Source: Podarcis filfolensis (taxonomy: Eukaryota). From it: a DNA stretch of 64,000 nucleotides. Where the stretch lies: NCBI GenBank assembly GCA_964270895.1, contig OZ185446.1; one strand, 5' to 3'. The translations under genes and the position numbers were made by a program. Positions 11,753-25,811 of the stretch are shown piece after piece; positions within the stretch are counted from its first letter, which is position 1; each line of letters opens with the position of its first letter. The notes below the pieces were generated by a model that worked only from the letters and a program-made list of their open reading frames with translations, searched no databases and was not told the origin of the DNA.

Positions 11753-13644
11753 CTGAGATCTCTCGCTTCATTTCACTTCCTCAATATCCTATTCCCCATA
11801 AGGATTCATATTTTCCCCTTTAATGCAGGGCCATTAGATGCAGAATCCGCTGCAACAGCAATGCCTTTAGCTGCATGGAATTGACTGAAAGAGGCATCAG
11901 GAGGTGGCTGGCTGCCCGCCATAAGAGAGGGAGCAGTTGCCAAATTCTGAGAAGGAATGAGAGAGCTGACTATGGGAACAGGAAGGCACAGAATTAGATT
12001 CAGGATCCGACCCTCTGGGCTCTAAAGAAAAAGCACCTAATGGCACCTCTTTGATTGGGTTTAAGTCCTTCACTGAAAATAACACAACTGGGGAGAAAAG
12101 CGAGGCAGCCTGATGAGAAGTGCCAGCAGCAGTATTGTTAGCAGTAATAGGTTATGAATGAGGCATAGCTAAACTAGGCAACTCCTGGGGTTGGGGGCTG
12201 ACAGGAGAGCCCTGGGATCCCCCAAAGTCCTCCCCTTCTGAGGAGCTGTGGGAGCATGAAACATTCACATGCTGGGCTTGGTGATCCATCTCCATCACAT
12301 TACATCCCACAACACAGCCTCTCTCTTTAAAAGGACAGGAGACAGCCATTCAAGAACTCATCCCCTCTGTTGCTGAGCACTCATCCCTATAACACATGCA
12401 CTTCTGTGTCTCAGAGCTATGAGAAACAGCCCCTTCAGTATGTTCGCACTTCTGAGTCACTTTGCAAGCCACAGGACAACCAAAGCTGATGGGGGATGCA
12501 GTACACATAATTTCTTGAAAAGGCAAATTGCTTTGCAGAATGACAGCTGCAATGGAATCTGAGCGCGGGACCAACACAAACACCTAATAAGAAGGTGCGG
12601 TTTGCTGGGGCTTCTTAGGCATGGCTCCCAATACAAGAGTCTCTCAAACTTTCAACTGATTCCTACCCTTCGTAAAAGTGGTCACCAAGAAGGGAAAGCA
12701 AAGGAGTGAAATAGACTATATACACTTAAGGAACTCCCCCTAAATATAAATAGGAATGCACAAAGCCAGAAACAGGGTGGCAGAAACTACAATATAAAGT
12801 CACGGGGGAAAGAACACACTGGAAGAAAACAAAGCAGAGAAACAGTGTAAAAAAAAGGCAGAGTTAAAAAGCTATGAAAATGGCAAACTGGGAGAAGTCC
12901 AACTGGCAAACCTAAATCCCTCCCCCCACCAGGAAATTAAAGTGAAGTACATGAAGACACTTGATTTACTCAAGGAACAGGAGACCTCCACAGAAAACAG
13001 GACAACCACACAAAAAACAACCACCCTGCAGATATAGTATTTAATGAGAAAAGGCAGGGAGCAACAAAGAACAGTGACAGCTCGACTCAAGGCAGGAAAG
13101 CAAACTGAATTCTGGAAGCTGGTTACTTTCCTAATCAACACTTTAATGCCTCGACCACAAGGTGGTGCTGCGTAACCCATACTAATGAGCTTCACCAACA
13201 ACAGAATGTAGAGGGGAAGCAAATGTTGCCAGTTCCTCCTTTCCCTAATAGCTCTACCCCATGCCACCTTCCACCTTGCTCTGGAAGGTCCTTCAACTCT
13301 CTGGAATGGATTTTTAGGGGGGACTGGGGTCTGCAAATGTTGCAGTGGCCCAAAGTACCTGCTCCTCCTCCATTAGACAACACTGAATCAAAAGCCCTTC
13401 TGTGAGTGCAAGGGAACAAATCTGATTCCACTCCATGTTCCTATAAATTTTAGACCAACCTTTATGTTGCAGAATGTAACATGGGATGCTAAATTCAAAG
13501 TGAAATCAGCATCCAAGTGAAATCTCAGCAAATTTGAGGTAATAATGCAATTAGGCACTTCCATTTTAATATGAAAATATAATTCTAATAAATTTTAAAG
13601 GTTGAAGATGACTTAAGGCTGAACTATATAGCAAGAACATACAC

Positions 13645-13752
13645 CTGTGGCCCTCCATGTGTTGTTAGGCTACAACTCCCATTGCTCATGCTGATGGGTT
13701 GATGGTAGTTAGAGTCTAACAAGTCCTGGAAGAGCACATGTTGCCCACTGCT
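13645..13752. mobile_element. Small hAT-type MITE remnant
   Basis: ctacaactccc ... tggtagttagagtc palindromic core, shared with 56200-56259 and 61121-61231. Confidence 0.55.
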
Positions 13753-14573
13753 GATAAAGGGATCAGGCTGTGGAATCATGCCCCTGCCACATCTTGTACG
13801 GGAAACCCCCACTCTCTCTACATTACGTCTGACTACTGTTAACCTTCATTAAAGGTATGATGATCCTTATGAACACTACAGACAAATTTAGTATGTCCTT
13901 AACTACAGTTGATAAAACTTCACTGATATTTGTAAACCACTCTGGGAACCTTTTTTGGATAAAGAGTGGGATAAAAATGCCAGTAACAACAACAACAACT
14001 CAAGCTTAAACTCATTATGCAGAACAATTTGCATTGGTTCAGTTACATCACATTAATCCATAGTTCAAAGCAATGTGAATGAGCAACAATTATCAAACTC
14101 AAAAGTTACCATGGTATTCCTCATCACTCCTGTTCCTCTCATGCTGCAGACAAAACAAACCAGATTCCGGCTTATGTTGCTCTGAATCTGGGTTCATAGC
14201 TTGTCTCCTCTAAATAAATCAAGAACAGTCAGCCAGCAAGAAACCATGAACACTCTGCACCAGCATGCTGCTTATTCATTAAACTGTAGTTTGATTTAAA
14301 CTATGGTTTAATGCAGCATGTAAACCAGGTACTGTTGAGTAAAATAGATAATAAAGGTTATTCTAAGATTTGCTGGAAATGTATGTAAAATACTTTGTAT
14401 GTATTAAGTGATTCTCTGAGCAAACTCACTGAAATCAATGGACTTTAGTCATGACTAACTTAAGTTTATTGAAATTCAAAGAGTATTGATTTCAAAGAGT
14501 CTAAACCGAGTATGACTTAGATACCACCCAAAAAGTATTATGTGCTTATGAGTATGATTTGTTACAGCAGATG

Positions 14574-14691
14574 GGTTGCATCCAACTAAGTCATACTCAG
14601 AGAAGACTTACTGAACTCAACTCACTTGTCTAATTTGTCCATTGATTCCAATGCGTCTGTACTCACGAGTATGACTTAGCTGCATACAACC
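14574..14691. mobile_element. Palindromic non-autonomous DNA-transposon-like repeat
   Basis: GGTTGCATCCAACTAAGTCATACTC ... GAGTATGACTTAGCTGCATACAACC terminal arms. A partial related copy lies at about 14400-14530. Confidence 0.7.
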
Positions 14692-14870
14692 TAATGTGTT
14701 TAAGATAAATATGCTACTATATAATTCTATTCTGCTTTCTAATGTTTAGTTATCTACCAGTTTACCCCTTAAACACATACATAATCTGGTTGACAAGATG
14801 CACTAGAGTGGGGGTGGGGAGAATGAAATTTCTGGGATCTCTAGGAGCACTGCACAAATATTTCAACTTA

Positions 14871-15065
<195 letters not shown>

Positions 15066-17859
15066 TCACAGGAAGAAAATAGGCTCATTCTTGGAAGATC
15101 ACCTGCTAGCATGCTATTCTTAAAGCACCTTTCCTCCTAGGAGACTTCTCAATCAGAATGTTAGTACTGAAAATAAAACAAAAAACTGAAAGGAACTGTA
15201 CAGAGAGAGACTTACACTACAGTATACAAGGTGACCAGTGAACTGCAAATAATGTAGAAATAAAAGCAATGAGTTAAATACTACTTCTTAAACAGCAAAT
15301 ATTATCCTCAGTTTTCAGTTAGCAAACAGCGCAAGTTCTAAGTTCTTAATTTATAACTTTTACAAAAGAAGAAATCAAGGTATTAAGCTCTAAAACAAAT
15401 TGATCTGCCTATATCAGCAGTCTGTAGGAGAGTCCAGATTAAAGTCCAATTTCACATTTCTTTCAAGCAGAAGTGTGGTTGTCAATAGAACTACACAAGG
15501 TACAAAAATGCCGTTAACAGCTGCATTGCAACTGAAGTACCTATTGTTTTTCGCTTTTATTTCATCCTGGAAAACAAACCAAGTAGAGAATTTTAAGTGC
15601 TACTTTATATTAATTCTTTTCTGGGGCAAAACTAAAAGAAAAAATGTGTTAATGAAGGTTTCCATACAGTTACTCATGGCAAACTTAATGTAGTTTTATT
15701 TTCTAGTGGTTTTCTTCAAAAACTGCATTGTGTACCTCCTAAACAGGTTGATTATATTGCACTGTGCAATTTTACTTCTACTACTGTAAAGAAAAATACT
15801 TAATTTGGGATCTATATGTGTGTCTCAATATATTACCTATGAGTTATACCTGACACATAGGCAAAAAAAAAAACAGCAAGAAAGCCAAATAAGAGTAAAG
15901 ACACAGAGAAAGTGACTTAAATAAAAAAGTAATTTGTATCATTTTGAAAATAAGTTCACCATCTCAGGTCAGAAAAGTTACAGAAAAAGTGTCATTTCTG
16001 TAAGATCAAAAGCAGGTATACTTCACAGTGGGGAAAGTATTTAACATGGGAAAAGACTGGGAGTGTTTTTAACTTAACAGTACAGCCATAGCTTGATTAC
16101 TTACCAGTACTATGAATTCTCCTATTGGATAAATCTCCTTCACATATCCCCTCTCTATGGAATGAGTTGTCAGCACCACCTTGATGACTCAAATCTGTTG
16201 AAATTTCAAATGTCATGGATGTGAGCCCATGCAACGATGCATGTGGTGTGTTATTTGCCTCTAACTACATGTTAGTATAGTGTCAGAACTCCCAATAGCA
16301 AACAAAAACCCAACAAACTAAGGGAATCCAAGACTGCGGATTTATGGAGGAGATGACAATAGTAGAATTCTAGTTATTGACAAGCAGCATAGTTTTCTGC
16401 TCAGGGTATTTCCCAGAATTGTCACTCTTGGGAGACTTGTTACCAGTCTCCCCAAGGAACAGAAAATAAAAGAGATTAGCAAAAGTTCTGGGCATACATG
16501 TAAAATATAAATCAGTGGTCTTATCTTACACAGCACTAATTCATCTAAACCATGGCATTGTATATAGGGCTGGTGGGCAAGGCCTGCACAAAACAGCCTG
16601 GAGGGCCCAGTTTGGCCCCAGCCCTGGCCTACGATGAACAAGCAGTGTGCTTGTATATGCTGCTCAGTTGCTCCTATTCTACTTTGCCTACATACAGAGC
16701 AAACAAACAAGGCTTGGCTTAGCATTATGTGTGAAGCAGTGCTCATGGTTTGTTTCTCCCAAACAAGCCACAAGTAGTAAGCCAAGATAAGGCTGTTTCT
16801 GCAAGTGGCTCCAAATATGCCAACTGTTACATACCAAATCCACATTTCAATTGTTCATAGCTATTTTAAGACTAAATTCAGATTGCTGGCATGTATCTGT
16901 ATGCTTCCTGAAAATAATAAACCGAGCCTTAAAGCACAAGCCTACACTATACAGGTCTACTCAAAATGGAACTTACTTCTAGGTAAACTGGTACTCATTG
17001 TTGCCTTAAATATGCTCGTGTCTGCAGTTAAAAGTGACAGTGTACCCAATCCTGTTTTGTTTTTAAAAATGATATACATATGGAGGGAAACTGGCACCAG
17101 AAGCAGTTGTTTCACAGGAATACTGATCCTGGAAATAATTTTTCCACATACTATTAAGTCAGATTAATACATTTTTCTGCAAGTAGTAGCCATGATAAAT
17201 TTATTAGTAGTTTAATATACACATGCCATATATTATGGGATTAGGTGGTAATCATAAGGACAGTGGTTATCTGTTGCAGCACCCTGATTGTATGATGTTA
17301 TCTCCAAACATATTTACTTTGAACCTACTTTGATTTGTTTTAGATGCCAGGAAAAACCATTTTAATTTGCTAAGGCATGAGTTTCCAACACCCATAGGCA
17401 CCCGTGTGCTTTCAGTACTTCCTATTGCATCCACAAAAAGTCTCAGTCAAAAAACTTTCCATTTAGTAAGAACATTGGCAGGTTTAATTGCAGATAGACA
17501 TTGGGCTGTTTAAGGCTATTTTGCAGTGCTGTTTTGAACCTTTCTCTTTATTGTATTTTAAATTGGTATTATTCTTAGGTTCGCACTAGATTTTGATTTT
17601 TATAAACCAGCTTGAACTTTGGTGTGATACAAAGCATGTAAAAATGGATTAATATGCATTATGACAAATCACACAATGTTTTGCCATAAAGAATCCTTTA
17701 TATGTTGTTACACACCAGGCAACATGGGCTTTCACATATGTGCTTGTTTTCAAAAGAAAAATATTCAACTTTTATTTTTTTTATGCAAGATTTTCAAATA
17801 CTCTTTTACTCATTCCTCATCCCATACTATTGGCCATTTAGTAACATTATATTGCAATG

Positions 17860-18270
17860 CTTCTGGCACCCATCTGTCTCAAGAGACAACAGAGTGCGCC
17901 TCGGGGCGCAAGCTTGGGCAGTGTATATGGAGGTGACAAGACCTTGGCCTTGTTGTTGTGGTCCAAAGGAAAGCAGAGCAATACATTTAGCACCAGCTTG
18001 GCTGCAGGAGTTGCCAGAAGGAGGCGTACAAGGAGCCATCCAACCGTCTTAGGGACTCCACTCAGTATTTGTGCAGGTTTTACTCCTTAGCCTTTTCTCC
18101 TCCTGAATGTATCCCACAAGGCAGCGGTTTAGGATCAGAGCTTTCCTTCTCCTGGATGTACTACCTTCCCAGGTTGACGAGCCCCATCTGCCCCACACTT
18201 CCCTCTACAGCACATGCAGAAACCACCTTCTTGATGGTTGAACCCACCATTGGTCTCGTCTGCTCAGAAA
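17860..18270 (-). mobile_element. RTE-clade LINE 5' region fragment
   Basis: Reverse strand carries GGAGAAGGAAAGCTCTGATCCTAAACC..GCTGCCTTGTGGGAT..GGAGTCCC, resembling RTE 5' UTR motifs as recalled. No RT ORF attached. Confidence 0.55.
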
Positions 18271-21200
18271 GCCTCCTCTAACATCCCATACATCCCCATT
18301 GCAGTGTAATATTTAAGCAAAAACTGCTTCCTCTGTAGGGGTAGGAAAGAAAACAAAAAAGTAACCCTGTTGAAGTTACTCAAAACACTATCTGGTTAAA
18401 GGGGGAGAACAATGACACCATGAGTATCTGCTCAAAACCTGGCAATGTATTTGTAATGTAAAACAGCAAAAAGTAAGAACAGAGAATTGTACCGAAGAAT
18501 GTGCAAACCCAGAGAAGCAGCACATACAAGGCATATCATTATTTATAAATTTATAAATCACTCAGTGCCCAGATGGCTTCTAAATAAGAACCCCAAGGTG
18601 CCATCTAACCTCAAGCAAGATCAATAAAGTCAATCTGTGATTAACCAGTAAATCTTAATCATAAACAAATGCACCTGTTCCCTGCTATTACCACAAGCTA
18701 TGTTTCCCCCTTTTCACATTCCTCTTATGCAAAAACAACATCCTGATTTCAGGATAAGGAATCCTAAATCAACAATAAAATATATATAATGAAATTAAAC
18801 GAATACAGTATAGTCAGAACAAGGATTAGGATTCTCTCCCCCCCCCCCCCGCCCAATTGCCAATGATTTTTCATGTACCTGGGATTTGTACAGAAAGCAG
18901 TCCAAATTCATTAAATATCTATATCACAAAAACAATCTCTCGATCCATGACTGGTGAAGGCAAACTGGGCAAACATGAAAAGAGCTTGCTTGGCTCTTTT
19001 TGCCATGGCAGAATGTGCAAAGCAGAAGATGCAGCAAATCCCAAGAAACTTAATACTGCTGGCCAGCAGCAATGGAATAATCTAACATCTTCTTCAGAGG
19101 GGGGCTTATTCTATGCAATCAATTGCAGCTTTTCACTATATGCCTCAACCATACCATACACAGAAATTCAAAAGATATGTTAAAATGTCTGAAAACAACA
19201 TAAAATTGTGTTCATAATTCAAAGGCCTTTTGAAATAAAAAAAATTAAACTGGATTCTGAAACTTAACAGGAATAGTGCCTGCCTGTTGGGCCCACTAAA
19301 CCAACAGCACAACTCCTTGAAGACATAAGACATGCACCTGGTCTTGATAATATCAGATCATAAGAGGATGTGTCCAGGTAAAACTCCCTGATAATAAAGT
19401 AGATGGCCAAGTTTATATATTTAAGGTATTGCCCCCACCCCACTGACTGGGGTAGGGCAGAACGTAAATGTTATTCATACAGATTAATATCCATACTCAC
19501 AAGAACACAAGTGAAACACAACTTTTCACAGATTCCTACAAATATTATTATATTTGAGCCTTCCTGGTTATGAAAAACAAATTAATGGGGCTTTTTATGC
19601 CTGAGTGCCACTCTCAGAAGTAGACCAGCTTTATTTTCCAGCTTTAATATGCAAACACTTGCATTCACCATTTTATAACTATACAAACTGTTACAACTTA
19701 ACTGCATTTAAAGTCGTATCTTATCTCCACAATTTTAATGTGCAATATTTTTATGCAATTATTTTGACAATTTTCTGCATAATCTGTTTCAGAGATTTTT
19801 ATTAAAAATTTGCTTAAGGGCTAGATTCTTCAACTGAACAGGAATGCTTTAGACTGTTCACAATTTTAGACCATGATCGTCATATGAATTCTGTCACTAC
19901 TTAGTATACTTTTGTAAATAATTTTAAAATGTTGAGCATTTAAAATACTATGCCATTTACATTACCTCTTATGTATAGGACACAGTTGAGGATTAAGGTT
20001 TTGGGTTTCATTTCTGGCATTATCTTTTTTTTTAAATCAAGCAGTTTCATCAAATAATGAGTCATGTAATCACATTTAAGTTTAAATCCCAGCCTGTAAT
20101 TTTAAATCTCTTCTGTCACACTGACAGTGAGTCATAACCATATTTAATTTTTAAACCTCTATCAAAGAAAAACAGCCTGAACAGTCTGAATTGATTCAAA
20201 TGCCATGGCATTTAGTGGCTAGCTGCCGAGATCAAAGTTGAGGACAAAGAGCAAAGGGAATCAGAACAGACATTTATAGTAAAAAAATAATACTGGATTT
20301 TTAACAAATATGTCATAGTCATGTTTTAAAAGACAATGCTTTCCATGAACTGTGATCTATTCTTCACACCTCCCAACCATAATAGAAACTGCCAAAGTAC
20401 CAATTACACATTTTTCAAATCGCTAACAGCATGCGCAACTGTTGCTAAGCATCTGTTTCAAGTACAGAATGTTCTGCTCTACCACTTAAATTTTCAGTAC
20501 AGTTCTGAGTACCTGGGGGAGTTTGACTGGCCATTAGCTTCAAACAACTGTTCCCTACCATTCTTAAGTTATTCCTTTAAGGAAAATCTGAAGTAGAGGT
20601 AAAAGACCTGACAGATTGCTTTTAAAATTGTCTTTTTCTTATATGAACAACACATACTTTTAATGTTTCAATGGAATATGCTAGCAAAAGGTAACTTCAT
20701 TAACACATTTTCAAAAAGAAACTCTCAACATGCACCTGATAGCGTTCTACTAACTTAGCTGCTTAACTGCTGTTAAATAACCAATCAAATATTATCTACT
20801 GTTTCTTCTGAGATATAGATATAGATATATATATATATATATATGTATGAATATTGTCTGCCACTCAGATCTTTAAAGCCCATTATCTTCTTACAGCGAC
20901 TATACCTACATGCAAAGCAACTATGGCAGTATATTCTCCAGAGTATTACAGCTACGCAGCTAAAAAGATGATTCATATTAAGTAAACCATGACTCACAAC
21001 AATCTGACTAATGCAGTATCAAAAAAATGCTAATAAAAGAGCTAACATCACAATTAACCAGAGGTCCACATAGAGCTGCACCAAGCATCTAAAGCATGGG
21101 CTAAGAATGAAAAAAGGCAATTTTATTATGCACATCTTGCTTGTGAAAAGCATTCTAGAATGGCCCCCACTGACACAATCTTTATGATTTAAGCTGCCCA

Positions 21201-21374
21201 CTCCTGTTTAAGATCAAATGATGAGATGAATATTTAGGTGCCAGAACTGTATCTAGAATGTAATTCTACTTACATACAGATAATGCAAAATAAAGGGAGG
21301 GGGGCTTTTTTGGTTGTTACTTGGATTTAGTATGTTCAAATTCAGAATATGCCAAACTAGTGACAAATATGAGC

Positions 21375-21470
21375 TGCTGCTTCCAGCAAGCTTCTGGCTG
21401 GCCACTGTGGAAGCAAACTGCTGGATGAAATGGGTCACTGGCTTGATCCAGCAAGCCATTATGTTCTTAT
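21375..21470 (+). mobile_element. CR1-type 3' end
   Basis: ctggccactgtg..gctggatgaaatggg..tgatccagc..atgttcttat. A similar copy lies at 26258-26343. Confidence 0.55.
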
Positions 21471-22014
21471 CATCATAACTGGAGACAGGTGATAAAAATC
21501 AAGCTGGGTTGTCTTAAAAAGAAGAAAAAGGATGAATCACATGAGTAGTCATGTTCTTTAAAATGATATATGAAAGTAAAAAGGCTGGAACAAATTTTAT
21601 CTGAACTTTAACCTTCTACCCACTTCTGGCTAGAAGCACAGATTCTACAAGTGTCACACAACACATGATTTGTAAGCACATATTACATGAAAAGGTGACG
21701 CAGCTAAACAAAACACTATGCATGAAGTACACTCTATATATAGTTTTAAGAAAAATCAACATATTTCCTTAAGAATATTGAACCCTCTCTCCATCTCCTT
21801 CCATCATGCATCTCTAAATCAGATCTGGGGACATGGGGTGGAATCTGCTTGTGCTAGCTCAAGTCTTTAACTGAGAACCCCCTGAGATCTAAGAAGCCAG
21901 TAAAAAAAAAAATTACTGTTAAGGGGGCATTTAAAAATTTCATACTTTCAACAGTACAGTACATATTCACTATGCTGTTTTATGATTTGGCAACTCTTCA
22001 CCAAAGAAGAAAAT

Positions 22015-22756
22015 TAGCTACTAATGGATTGCAATTATTAATGGATTGCAATTAATAATGGACTGCAAGAGGGAATTAACAAGGACTTTATAATGCTTAT
22101 GGATTAATTGAAAAAATGGAACTGTGTGGAAAATATTGGGATGTTCTGTGGCAATACCCTCCTATGGAGGACTTGAACTTTGATTTACTATGGTGTTGAT
22201 AACATATCAGCTTGTTATTGGATGGGAAAGAATTCAAAGAAAACGCTGGAAGTGAGGCTGGAGTAATGGCCAGACTTCAGACCACTTTCAGTTTTAAGAA
22301 AAGCAAGATGGTGAAAGGTCACTACGCAGTAAAATTGAGTCCTTGGAGTGGGGACGGGGAGGAAATGCTGAAAATGATTGATTGCAACAAGAAAGGAAGG
22401 TTGAACGTTTTTTAAAAAAAAAATCCACACAGAGTTACCAGATATACTTGCAAATTAAAGGATATGCAAATTGCAAATTAAAGGATAAATATGAACAAAA
22501 GTCAACACATCAGTGGCTGTTAAAATAAAGGATCCACATCAGAACTGTATTATTTGGATTAAATAAGGAGATTGGAGTGGGAACAAGGAATCAACATCTC
22601 CTAAAAATCTCCTAACATGGGAAGTCAACATGACTTTGGGAAGTCGACCAAAATGTTTAATCTGGAATCTGACAATTGGCTTTTTTAATTGAATTATGAT
22701 TTGGTATTGTATTAATACATTGGATTGTTATTAATGAAAAATTAATAAAATTATAT
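22015..22756 (+). mobile_element. 5'-truncated L1-type retroposed fragment with TSD
   Basis: 12-bp TSD AAAGAAGAAAAT at 22003-14 and 22757-68. AATAAA at 22744-49. T-rich 3' UTR. Confidence 0.7.
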
Positions 22757-23009
22757 AAAGAAGAAAATATTACATATCTACCTAAGTATCACTGCAACTA
22801 TAACTGCAGCACTTAGGTGTCATCAATCTCAGTTAACAAATCTTTGACAAATTTCTAATAATGTGGTATCTTTAAATTTGAATGAGAATTAAAAGTTGTT
22901 CAAAATGAAGTATCTAGTAAGTCAAACCTTTATACATTGTCCAAGGCAAGTAAACCTGCCAAGAAAAATATCTCAAGAGTCACATGCATTGTCTTATTTA
23001 AAGCTAGAA

Positions 23010-23378
23010 TAGCTTTAACCTCTACTCATATGTACCAATCTGGACCCTGAAATCACCATCTGAGGCCCTTCTTCATGAGCCTCCTTTATAAGAAGTCCAG
23101 AGGGTGGCAACATGAGAACAGGTCTTTTCTGCAGTGGCTCCCCATTCTGGAATGCTCTCCTCAGGGAGGGGAGGATCACCTGGCACCCTCATTACATATC
23201 TTTAGGCAATAGGTGAAAACATCTCTTCAACCAGGCCTTAGGCCCTTTAAATAGGTTTGTGGGCAGGGAGGGGGGTTGCTGGCTTGTTTTTTGATTTATT
23301 GTGTATTTTGTGTTCTTATTTTGTATTTTTAGGTTATTACCTACCCTGTGATCTTTGGATGAAGGGTGATAATAATAA
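23010..23378 (+). mobile_element. L2 LINE 3' fragment
   Basis: gtggctccccattctggaatgctctcc..caggcctt, T-rich tail and (AAT)n end. Confidence 0.7.
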
Positions 23379-23403
23379 TAGCTTATACCCAATCTTACAC
23401 ATA

Positions 23404-23754
23404 GGGAGGCGGGTGGCGCTGTGGGTTAAACCACAGAGCCTAGGACTTGCCGATCAGAAGGTCGCAGTTCGAATCACCATGACGGGGTGAGCTCCCATTG
23501 CTCGGTCCCTGCTCCTGTCAACCTAGCAGTTCGAAAGCACGTCAAAGTGCAAGTAGATGAATCGGTACCGCTCCAGCGGGAAGGTAAACGGCGTTTCCGT
23601 GCACTGCTTTGGTTCGCCAGAAGCGGCTTAGTCACGCTGGCCACATGACCCAGAAGCTGTACGCCAGCTCCCTCGGCCAATAAAGCGAGATGAGCACCAC
23701 AACCCCAGAGTCAGTCACGACTGGACCTAATGGTCAGGGGTCCCTTTACCTTTT
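23404..23754 (+). mobile_element. Full-length Sauria SINE
   Basis: tRNA-like head GGGAGGCGGGTGGCGCTG, (ACCTTT) tail, 13-bp TSD AATCTTACACATA at 23391-403 and 23755-67. Confidence 0.95.
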
Positions 23755-24479
23755 AATCTTACACATACATCATAATATGGAAATTAGTATGCAGTTGTTT
23801 ATACACTTTTATTGGAGAATATGGAATCCATATGTCGAGGCGGGGATTCCATTCCTATTCTAATTTATTCTGAGTGACTCTTCTGAAAGGCCCTAGAGTC
23901 TAGGATATGTTCATTCCAACAACTGGCAACAGACTAAAGGAAAACCCTCTCTAGATCTCTTAATAAGAAGAAATAAATCCCATTCCCACAACATGGGGAA
24001 TGACAGGGAAGCCATTAGCACAGGCCTAAACAGACTCACCAAACCTCTTCTGGAAGGTTGTTTTGACAAAGCCATGCTCACCTGCCCTACAAAGCAGGCA
24101 AAGACTGGGCCCAAAGGGGATTGCAGCCCTGTGCAGAGCTCCATTCACAGAGCCTTGCAAGCCCTCAGAATCAGTGGACAGTGCTGGGTCTTTATCTGTA
24201 TAGCTTTATTTCAAACTACGCAGGCAAAAACAGGTCACCTGATGTGATGTCAAGTGATTGACAAGTGAGTGGCCCACCTGCCCACTGGAACCTGTGCCCC
24301 TGCATTAGCTGAAAGAAAGGGACAGTGGCTTATGCTTTTAAAGAACTTTGGGAGCTTACAAGGGTTGCCTCTGCAGTTTCCACAGAGGTCATAAGATGAG
24401 TAACTTTTGCCTAGGGCAATCTTTTTCATGCAATTCAGATTGCTATGTTGTCATTGTATTTGTTCTTGTGATATGAAGA

Positions 24480-25470
24480 AATTTGTACCCATTCAGAGAA
24501 ATCTATTGGCCAATCTCCTGGGAGCAGAAGCCATTTGGAACACAGTGTCAACATGTTGCTGGCACCCAATATACTGATGACACCCAATTCTACTTCTCCA
24601 AAACATCTGACTCAGGTGTAGCAGCACAGAAGCTGGATCAGTTCCTGGGAACAGTGGTGGGCTGGATGAGGACCAATAAAGAAAGCTGGTAAAAGCTCTG
24701 TAGGCGAGAGGTTCCCAGATTCAGAAAATAGGTTAGCTGCCTCTTCTGGGTGAGGTTACTCTCCCTCTGAAGAAGCAGGTGTGTAGCTTAGGACTGCCCC
24801 TGGATGTCAGCTGGCGCAACAGCTCCAACTATTCCTGGACTGGTAGATACCATAGCTTAGCTACTGTAGTCCAGGCATTCAGTTTAGATTGGATTACTGC
24901 AATGCCCTCTTTGTGGGCCTTCCCTTAAGACTGGATAAGGCATCTACAGCAAGGTTGTTATAGCAGATGCCCTATCAACAGTGCATAACACCTGTGTCCA
25001 AAGTGCTACACTGGCTGCCAATATGCTACCGAGTCAAGTCTAATGTCTTGTTATTGACATATAAAGCCGCGAACAACTTGGAACCAGTTACCTCTGGGAA
25101 CTCCTTACTTTGTATGCCACTGGCCAGGCACATCAGTCTTCAAGAGAGGCAGTCTTAGTTGTTTTGTATGCTCCCACAGTTCATCTTATGTCCACTAAGA
25201 TGAGGACATTTTGTGTGGTGACATGTGTCCTTTGGAAAAGGCTTCCAATGAACATCAGGCAGGCACCTTCAGCACTGACATTTAGGCACCTGCTTAAATC
25301 TTAAAACTTAACCCAAGTTTTCCCTGAGGGGTGATCCAGCTATGCTGATGTATTAATTTGATTTATTTGTGATGTATTTTGTACTTGTTTTATGAATGTA
25401 ATTTTATTGTGTATTTTATGCTGTTCACTGCCATGATTTTTTTTTAATAGTGGGCAGTATACATTTTTGG
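24480..25470 (+). mobile_element. Degraded L2 LINE RT and 3' end
   Basis: YTDDTQFYFS (RT YADD motif), LHWLPICYRVK motif, 3' T-rich tail. Confidence 0.85.
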
Positions 25471-25652
25471 AAATAAATAAAAAAGTGGTTTCTCCCCCAA
25501 GGATTTTCAAATATAATTTCAGTTTTTGTAACTGAACTACATTAATTTGATTAACATATGAGCTGGATTTTTTCATATAATGACCAAAAAACTACAATAT
25601 TATTCAAAAAACATTACTTCTCCATCAAGTTCTCTGCACTGCATCCAACTTA

Positions 25653-25811
<159 letters not shown>

